Positions 51,991-61,500 of a stretch of 64,000 nt of DNA are shown piece by piece. How positions within the stretch are numbered: the stretch's first letter is position 1; each line of letters starts with the position of its first letter. Both the position numbers and the translations under genes were made by a program. The notes beneath the pieces are model-generated. The model searched no databases. It worked only from the letters and a program-made list of their open reading frames with translations, and was not told the DNA's origin. Source of the stretch: Escherichia virus TH47; sequence record MT446416.1; one strand, written 5' to 3'.

Positions 51991-54900
51991 ATGTCACAAC
52001 AAAAAAGACAATCCAATTTATACGCGGGGGAAGATTGGACCCAGGTATATGAAAGCTTTTACAAAATCAATCTCACGGCATTTGATTACGATACCATTCG
52101 TCAAAGTATGATAGACTATCTCCGAACTACATATCCAGATTCGTTTAACGACTGGATTGAGAACGACCAGTTTATTTTTATTCTAGATACAATATCTATG
52201 CTGGGGCAGAACTTAGCGTTTCGTATGGATCTTAATACACGCGAAAACTTTTTAGATACTGCAACTCGTCGTGCATCCGTACTGAAACTCGCAAAAATGA
52301 TTTCTTACTTTCCACGCCGTTCATATCCAGGTCGTGCAGTTGCTAAATTAACAGAAATAAAAACCAACCAAGACGTTCGTAATAGTTTTAACGAATCACT
52401 TAAGGATAAAATCATTCGTTGGAATGACCCAATGGACACAAACTGGTATGAGAACTTCATTCTAGTTATGAACAGTTCATTTGTCAGTACTAACCAATTT
52501 GGTAATCCGGTTAAACGTATCGATATCAATGGTGTTTCTCGTCATCTATATCGCATGAATACAATTCCAATGTCAGCCCCAAGTCTCCCATTCACTGCTA
52601 CAGTTAATGGTGAATCGATGACATTTGAAGTTGTCAACCCTGATATTACGGCAGTTGGTGTTGAAGAGCGTCACCCCGAACCACAAGAGCAAAAATATAT
52701 AGTTTATCAGAATGATGGTAATGGATTTAGTTCACCAAATACTGGTTTCTTTGTTTATTTTGTTCAAGGGACATTGACATACCAAGATTTCCAATATAAT
52801 ATTCGAGAAGAAAACCGAATTCAAGATATCAATGTTGATAATATCAACGAAACTGATGTTTGGGTTCAGGAAATCAACGAAGATGGTATTGTTCGTACTA
52901 AATGGACCAAAGTTCCATCTATGGAAAGTATCGCATACAATACTGTTAACCGTCAACTAAAAACAATCTTTGCTGTCACAACTCGTGATAAAGACCAGAT
53001 TACTATTAAGTATCCTGATTCTCGTAGTGGTGTTGTTCCTCGTGGGACGTATCGTGTATGGTATCGTGTTAGTAATGGTGAAACATACAACATTAAAACC
53101 TCTGAAATCCAGAACAAAAGTGTAAAATACACCTATAGAACCAAAACACAATCAAGCTACGAATCCAGTACTTTGGATATTCGTTTCACATTGCAATATG
53201 AGTCAGATCGTGCACAAAGTGCAGAAACAATTGAACAAATTAAGGCTCGTGCTCCACAAATGTATTATACTCAAAACCGTTTTGTTAACGGAGAAGACTA
53301 TAACATTGCTCCGTTGAGTTTGGGTAACACAGTTCTTAAATCTAAAGCAATTAACCGTTTATATAGTGGTCAGTCACGATTTATTGATATTAATGACCCA
53401 ACTGGTAAGTATCAAAACACTGATGTGTTTAGTGATGATGGTTCAATGTATCAAGAAAAAACACAATTTAATAAATCATTACAATTACCAACTACCAAAA
53501 CAAATGCTAGTATTGCAATTGATAATATTCAGCCATTGATTGGTGAGAATGCTGTAATACAACGTTATCAAGCATATCCACCGAATACAATTGGTATTGA
53601 AATTCAACAAAAATGGACACCTGAATACAATTCTAATTACGCAACTAATACGTATGGTCGTATTATGGGGGCAACAGGTAACGTATTCGTAAATTATCAA
53701 GTTGGTACGTTGATTAAGTTTTCAAATGCTGGAACTACTGTGTGGGCTAGTATTGTTAGTGTTCTTGATAATGGATATTACGTTCTAAGTACTTCAGTTT
53801 CATCAAATATGCAAGCACAAGAGTACATTTTACAATACAGAACACGTTTTAATAGTGTCGAAGTACAAGCAATCTCTGCAATGCTTGATAAAAAGACAGA
53901 TTTTGTTATTATTCATGATAAAGAAACAACTTCTTGGCTTCCATTAGAAATCAGTACTGATGAAGATACTATTTCTTATAATGGAAATGAAGTTCTTGTT
54001 ATGATTAACATCAAATATACTGCTGAAACATGGGAATTTTATGCGAATGGCGTTGAATATGTGTTCGTTGGTGGTGATAAAGTTCGTTTTTACTTCGTTT
54101 CTTCTAAAAAGATAACTGATATTAGTACTGGTAGTGTTCAGAGTGACAAAATTGAAATTTTATCATCAAATACCACAAGTAATAGTAATGCTGGGTTGAC
54201 AAGTAACATAGATTTCCAAATTTATGACACAATTCAACAAGAAAACGGGTATCTTGATGGTTCTCGTGTGGTTATCACCTCTGAAAACGTTGATAGTAAT
54301 GGAATCCCACTAGAACCTAATCAATTCAGAGAAATTGTACCAAATTGGACTGGTGAAGATTCAGTTAAATATGGTGGTATATTGGTTTTCCAAGAAAATG
54401 ATGATTTCACTATATCAGTACTGTCATTACCGAACGATACTTTCACTATTCTTGATTCTTCATGGGCTTATACAATGGAACAGGCACTTGCAGAAACTAA
54501 TGCGTATAAGAGAAGTGAATTTGTTCGCAACAATGCTATTCGCTCAACAACATTGAGTGGTATCTATAGTAAAGGTTCAGGCTTTATGGTTGGCTTTAAA
54601 TACGATGGTAAATATTACTTTATAGAACAAACTGTTGGTAATAATAATGATCGTTTAAACCAATTAATTGAGAACTTGACCTATTCTGATGACACAACTG
54701 CTGCAACTCCTGAACTTGCGTTTTATCGTGCTATTGTTAATATCGGAACTAATGCTGATGCTAACCAAAAGTTAGATTATTATGGTTATAAAGATGTAAC
54801 TTCACAATATACAGTAAAAACGAATGCAAGAACTGGTATTGATTTCCACTGGAAACATTATGCACCAGATGATAATCGCATTGACCCAAGTAGAACAAAC

Positions 54901-55452
54901 TTGATTGACATGTATGTATTAACCAATTCATACAAAACTGAAGTTGATGTATGGTTGAAGAATGGAACACAAGGTAATATGCCTAAGCCTCCAACATCTG
55001 TTGAATTGAAAGACATTTTTAAAGAAGTTGAACAAAAAATAGTCATCAGTGACAGTATTATTTGGCATAGTGCAGAATATCTACCATTATTTGGTGCGAG
55101 TGCTGATGAAGATTATAAAGCAGATTTCAAAGTCGTCAAATTGCCTAACAGTACAATGAGTGATGATGAAATTCGTCAAAATGTCGTAGCACTAACTAAC
55201 GAGTATTTTAATGTTGACAACTGGGATTTTGGTGAAAGTTTCTATTACACAGACTTGTGTACATACATTCACTCCCAATTAGGACGACATATTAGTACTA
55301 TTGTTATCGTAGCTCAAAACCCTAACTCTAAATTTGGCTCACTATTTGAAATCCCTTCACGTTCTGACCAGATTTTCTTAAGTACTGCATCAGTTGATAA
55401 CGTACAGATAGTCAATTCCTTGGCTAAGAGTAACATTAACATTGGTTCATAA
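51991..55452 (+). CDS. baseplate wedge protein, gp6 / gpJ-like (1153 aa)
   Basis: N-terminal FDYDTIRQSMIDYLRTTYPDSFNDW...ISMLGQNLAFRMD...FLDTATRRAS resembles the Baseplate_J pattern; followed by a UUCG-loop terminator. Confidence 0.6.
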   Translation: MSQQKRQSNLYAGEDWTQVYESFYKINLTAFDYDTIRQSMIDYLRTTYPDSFNDWIENDQFIFILDTISMLGQNLAFRMDLNTRENFLDTATRRASVLKLAKMISYFPRRSYPGRAVAKLTEIKTNQDVRNSFNESLKDKIIRWNDPMDTNWYENFILVMNSSFVSTNQFGNPVKRIDINGVSRHLYRMNTIPMSAPSLPFTATVNGESMTFEVVNPDITAVGVEERHPEPQEQKYIVYQNDGNGFSSPNTGFFVYFVQGTLTYQDFQYNIREENRIQDINVDNINETDVWVQEINEDGIVRTKWTKVPSMESIAYNTVNRQLKTIFAVTTRDKDQITIKYPDSRSGVVPRGTYRVWYRVSNGETYNIKTSEIQNKSVKYTYRTKTQSSYESSTLDIRFTLQYESDRAQSAETIEQIKARAPQMYYTQNRFVNGEDYNIAPLSLGNTVLKSKAINRLYSGQSRFIDINDPTGKYQNTDVFSDDGSMYQEKTQFNKSLQLPTTKTNASIAIDNIQPLIGENAVIQRYQAYPPNTIGIEIQQKWTPEYNSNYATNTYGRIMGATGNVFVNYQVGTLIKFSNAGTTVWASIVSVLDNGYYVLSTSVSSNMQAQEYILQYRTRFNSVEVQAISAMLDKKTDFVIIHDKETTSWLPLEISTDEDTISYNGNEVLVMINIKYTAETWEFYANGVEYVFVGGDKVRFYFVSSKKITDISTGSVQSDKIEILSSNTTSNSNAGLTSNIDFQIYDTIQQENGYLDGSRVVITSENVDSNGIPLEPNQFREIVPNWTGEDSVKYGGILVFQENDDFTISVLSLPNDTFTILDSSWAYTMEQALAETNAYKRSEFVRNNAIRSTTLSGIYSKGSGFMVGFKYDGKYYFIEQTVGNNNDRLNQLIENLTYSDDTTAATPELAFYRAIVNIGTNADANQKLDYYGYKDVTSQYTVKTNARTGIDFHWKHYAPDDNRIDPSRTNLIDMYVLTNSYKTEVDVWLKNGTQGNMPKPPTSVELKDIFKEVEQKIVISDSIIWHSAEYLPLFGASADEDYKADFKVVKLPNSTMSDDEIRQNVVALTNEYFNVDNWDFGESFYYTDLCTYIHSQLGRHISTIVIVAQNPNSKFGSLFEIPSRSDQIFLSTASVDNVQIVNSLAKSNINIGS

Positions 55453-55458
55453 CACATT

Positions 55459-55486
55459 AAGGCGTTCTTCGGAACGTCTTTTTTAT
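55459..55486 (+). terminator. rho-independent terminator with UUCG tetraloop
   Basis: GGCGTTCttcgGAACGTC followed by tttttt, after the gp6-like gene. Confidence 0.65.
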
Positions 55487-55532
55487 ATCATAAATAAATC
55501 AAATGAATGAACGAATTATATGGAGTCCAAAA

Positions 55533-58500
55533 ATGACTAATAATTTTAAGTTTCAACCTACACAGATGGCTGAAGCAGTACAGAAGAAGCTTTTCATAAA
55601 AAGATTGCCTGAGTGGATGCAAGGCTTAGAAGATATTCAGAAAGTCAGTGATGATGTTATCCAACAATGGTTTAATCCGGCTGAAAACGAATTAGTTGAC
55701 GGCTACATTGGTGACATGGGTTCTCCGGCAGCAGCAGGGAACATCTTCTTACACGAGTCAACAGTCGCACGTCAACTATATCAGTTGTCCACTGCGTATG
55801 TCTCAAGAAATAATGACTCCAGCATTCGTTCAATTCAATTTTATGATGATCTAGTTGGCTATATGAATCATTACGGTGCACTAACCGAAAATGAAAGCCG
55901 TTTGTTTAATGGTAAGTTCTATTCATGGACCCCACCAATTAACCCAAATAAAATGAACAACTACAGTTCATACCTATGGGATTCCAAGAATAGCTATAAT
56001 ATCACAACTCCAGATTATATTGTTATGGAACGTGGTGCAGAAAATGGTAACACTTGGTCACTACAAAACTTCTGGTACACATTAGGTGAAACTTTAGAAG
56101 ATGGTACTATCCTAACTGAAGAACTAATGCAAGATTCCCGTTTTGTTCGTGCTCGTGCACCAATTATCGAATACAATAAAAATATCGAACTAATGAACTA
56201 CGGTACTAAATTCCGTGGAACAGTTGATTTGTTCTCTGATATTATTAAACCAGAAGATATCGTACAAAAAGATATTAACAGCGGTATACGTATCGATGGT
56301 ATTATTCCACAAGATGGTATGCGTATACTTTTCACCAGTATTGGTAACAATGGTGAAAACAACAGAATTTATAAAGTATATGTTAAACGTATGCAAGATG
56401 GAACACGTGTGTATGGTCTAGCATTAGATCCAGACGAAGAATCTGAAAGCCGTCCGAGTGGTGAACCACAAGATGGTGACGTAGTTCTTATTATCAAAGG
56501 TAATGAATTTGGTAACAGTTCCATGTATTGGAACGGTTCTCATTGGATTCAAGCACAGTCTAAAACTTCTGTGAACGTATTTCCACAATTCCAATTGTAT
56601 GACCGTAATGGTGTTAAACTAAACAACACTACTACCTATCCATCAAGTACTTTTACTGGTTCTTCACTATTTGGTTTTAAAATTAACTATAATTATGCAA
56701 CTGATAGCGTTTATGGTTATAACATTGAACTAGGTGATTACAATTATTACACATATGAGAATTTCCTACAATCAACTCGTTATACTTACGAGCATTTGGG
56801 TGTGGAAGTTGAAATTGATGGACTATATTACTATAACGTAATTGGTGAAGGTAATACAATGAACCTAGAAACTGATTGGGTTCGTAGTACTGAATACTCC
56901 AAACAATATGTTAAACAAACTCCACAGGTTGAACGTACAGTAATGTTTCGCGTGTTCAGTACTGTTTATGACATGGAAAGTTTCAAAGATCCAGTTGAAG
57001 GAATGTATGCTTATGTAATTGAAGTTGATAGAACATATCAATATTACAAAGCAGAACGTGAAACATATCTTGATTGGCATGTTATCGTTGGTGATGGTGT
57101 ACAAAGCGTTAAGTACAATCACACATTTGAATTGGCACAAAAAGTACTAGATAATTCTGATGATATTATTGAACTAGTTGTTGATGGTGTGGAAATAAAA
57201 GAATACACCAAAACTGTAGTTAATAATCAAGTACAAAGTATTACAATTGATAGCTCTGTTGATTTGGATGAAGATTCTGTTGTACAAATCAGAACTTATA
57301 GTAGCACTATCACTCCAAATAAAGAATTGGGTGCATATGAAGTTCCAATTAACCTACAAAATAACCCATATAATTCAAACATTGAATACATCAACCAAGG
57401 TGATTACACCCAGCACTTCCAAGATATTATTCAAAAGAATATTACATCTGGTTCTGCTGATGACTTTAACAATTACGAAGAACGTTTGGCTTCTGGTTTG
57501 GTTAATAATGGTGTAGGCACTAAAATTATTCAAAACGAAGCGTCCATGTTACCACTAATGGCACATACCGCTAATGAAGATATTGATTTGTTTGAATCAA
57601 TCATGTTTATGCAAGCAGAATACTTCCGCTTCATTAACAAGTTCAACACTCAAATGCTTCGTTTGTATGAAGAAGATCCAAGTGCTTTTCTTGGTAATAG
57701 TGCATCAAACATCGTAGATGCGATTCTAACAGCTATTAATATGGGACGTGATAGTACATTCCCATTCTACTATGACAACGTTGCAAGCACTGCTGGGTTT
57801 ATTCGTGCATTTGTCCCACCAACTCCACAGTTCTTGGGTATTTTGCAAGCTTATACACCACAAAAAGCAACATTCTTAACTGCTGGTAGTAAATCTAGCT
57901 GGTATAATATCAGTCATACTGGTATTATTTCAAAAGCATACCGTGTTATCAATGGTGTTGATAAAATGGATGACGTTGTTTTCGAATTGGAGAATCGTAT
58001 CTTTAATAGTATCGATCTTACTTTCAAGGATATTGATTATAAACCAGTACTAAACAGTGAAGATCTATTCCCAACTCCATATTTCACTGGTACTGATTAT
58101 AGTGCAGAAGAAAAGAAAACTCTATTGCTACGTGGTTACATTAACTTCACAGCAACCAATGGTATTAGTAACAGTACTCATGATTATGATGCAAATAACT
58201 GGAGAACTTGGAACTATACTGGTAGTTATTATGTTGTTGATGGTCAACGTACTGAAATTCCTGCTCGTGGTTCATGGCGTGCAATCTATACTGACCAATA
58301 CGGCACATATCGTCCAGCAACCCATCCGTGGGAAATGATGGGCTTCTCTCAACGTCCTACTTGGTGGAACCAAGAATACGAACCAACCGCAGTTCAAGTT
58401 GGTGAACGTGAAGGTGATGTTGTTTATGTGTATGAAGCACTAGTAATGAATGAAAGTGGTGATTTGGTCCCAAGTGGTTTGTGGGATATTGATGGTACTA

Positions 58501-61500
58501 TCGGTGACAGCAGTACTGGTACTATTTTGTCAGGTGAACGCCGTGGTCAATATGACAAATACAAGCGTTTCGGTGTACAGCCATTTAAAATCACTAAGAC
58601 TGGCGAGAAAACCAGCACTGGTATTGATATTTGTGAAGTTGAGTATATTGCACCTGAAGTTTTAGGTCTTGTTAGTGGTAATTTGGATCATCGTGCAGAA
58701 CCGTGGGCTTATGGTGACATGGGTGACATGGAATTCACTTACATGAACACTGCGATGTTTGCTTATGACCAAATGCTTCTTCTATACAAAGCAAAACCAG
58801 CACAGTTTGCAAACTATTACTGGGATACCCGTAATGATAACCTTAAACCAGTTTATACTGATGGTTCACAGTTCCTTTATGGTGAAACCCGTAAGCGTCT
58901 AAACTTTGACAGTACTACATTAGTACATGGTGAGAAAAATACCCGTACTATCGGTTATCAAATGTTTGTTAGTGACTATTTGATGTATCAGAACAAGAAC
59001 ATTACCACCAAATACGGTGACGTTGTTCGTTCTTCTTATGTCAATGTCGCTCACAAAATTGGTGGCTTTACTAAAGCAGACCAATTGACATTCACTGCTA
59101 AATCTTTCGGTTTGATTTCACAAGAAAACCAAACTATCGGTCTAGTTCGTTCCAATAACATTCTCGATGAGCAAATGAGTGCAGTAAAAATTACTTGGAA
59201 TGGTAGTGCATATCAAATTGATGGTTATGATTTAGTTGGTGCTAAATTTAAATATAAAATTCCAGTTAAAAATGGAAGAAAAGTAACTCTTAAATTGGAA
59301 GACAGAACTGTTGTTCATTACAATGAATGGAAATCTGAAGGTACATTAGAATATGGTAAAATATTCAATACATACCAAGAAGTTTATACTTTCATTTGTG
59401 GATATGGTGAATATCTAAAAGAACATGGCTGGATTTTTGAAGATGTAAATGATAGTGGTGCTCAACAAGACTGGACAACTATTGCTAAAGACTTTGTTAT
59501 TTGGAGTCAGAATAGTTTAAGTACTGGCGAGTTCATCTCCTGTACTCCAAGTGCAGCTAATGCTAAATTTGGTGCAGATTTTGGTTCAGTTCAATCTGTT
59601 ACACAGAACAGTGGTGGTGTTTGGTCATTACTTGATGATGAAAACCAAGGTATCCGTCAATATGAAATCGAAACTTCGCGTATCGGTAACGTATTCACAG
59701 TGAGAACTACATCCGAATCACAAAAACGTATGGCGTTGATTCGTTTGAGCCTAAGTTCATATGAACACGCAGTTGTTTTTGATGATAAAACTATCTTTGG
59801 TGATTTCATTTACCAACCAACTTATGGTGCTATTCAAGAATTGATTAAAATGTATGGTTACATTACTGGGTCATGGACTGGTCGCCTACAAGCACCTGGT
59901 TTCATTATCCTAGAAGCAGGAACTTTACCATCATTTGAAAAATTAGTAACTGATTTTGATTTATATTATAATAGTGAAACTCCTGTGAGTGATGTTCAGC
60001 TTCAAGAGTTATCAAATCACTTGATTGGCTATCAAACTCGTGATTATCTACAACGTATGATTAGTAGTGATGTTAGTCGTGTTGATTTCTATAAAGGATT
60101 CATTCATGACAAAGGTACTAACCAAGTAATGGAAAAAGTACTACGTGTTTCTAAATCTTACGACACTGATGAATATAAAGCACTTCAGGAATGGGCATTT
60201 AAGATTGGTACTTATGGTAATATCAATGGTAAGAAAAATCTACAATTTAAACTAATCAATGACCAATTTAAACAACAACCACAGATGGTTTCGTTTGATG
60301 TTAATGCTACATCAAATGGTACTGGTAATGGTATTGTTTATTACGGTGAACAAGGGGTTGACCCACGCTGGATTACTCGCCCAAATGGTAAGTTTTCATT
60401 CCCAATGCGTAGTGGAAGAAGTGAGAACATTCAACTTCCAGACATTGGCCCTGTAACACTAGATGAAATTTCATATGTTACTAAAGATTTCAGTACTGCA
60501 TATAATGATCGTATCAATTATATGAATAACAGTGGTGAAATCCCAGATTCTGTATGGATGTTTAAAGATGGTAATGATTTGTGGAATATTTTCGAACTAG
60601 TAGACACTGAAGTTGAGATGCTCTCTATCGTTCCAATTGAAAATACCGATGTATATGCAGAACAATTCTGTAAAGTAACTCTAAGTGATGATATCCCACT
60701 AAATGATGGTGATTATTATTACTTTGTTGATGAAACTAACTTTATGCCAGATACATTGACTATAGAAAGTCAATATTATACTGCGGGTAATGACCCTAGA
60801 GTTATGGTAGTTCCGTTTGACACTTCAATCACTATTGACTTCACTGATCCTGATACTCGCCCACGCTTGTATCGTTATGTTTCACGATTCAGTACTGAAG
60901 AGATGCGTCAGGAATACATTGACAGAAAATATAGTTTTAAAGCTCCACAAAGTACTTTGTTTGACCGCCCAACCACATATGATGAGCGTACTAACATTAC
61001 TGCGTTGTACCTAAACGTGTTTGACCCAATCAACGGTGTTATTCCTGGTGCAGCGATGCAGAACGTTACCTACACATCTCCAGTTGACCCAGCACAATAC
61101 AACAGCAATGGTGAATTGATTCAAGCATGGGGTGCTGATAAAGTTGGTCAGGTTTGGTGGAACACCAGCACTGCTTTCTACTTAGATTACACTCGTGCAA
61201 TCTATGATGCTGATGGTAATGTGGATGTTGATGCAACAAATGAATATAAACGTTATAACTGGGGCAGATTGCTACCGCACAGTACTGTTGATGTTCTTGA
61301 ATGGGTATGTTCGCCAGTTGAACCATATAACTGGGACAAATACTGCAAAGACGTTGCTAACAAAAATAAAAACAACACTATGTACCTACCAAGCGGAACC
61401 GCATTGGAAGATAATTATAGTACGTTCTTAGAATATGATAGCACAACTGATACTTATGTTACAAAATACTATTTCTGGGTGCGTGATACAATCTATGTGC

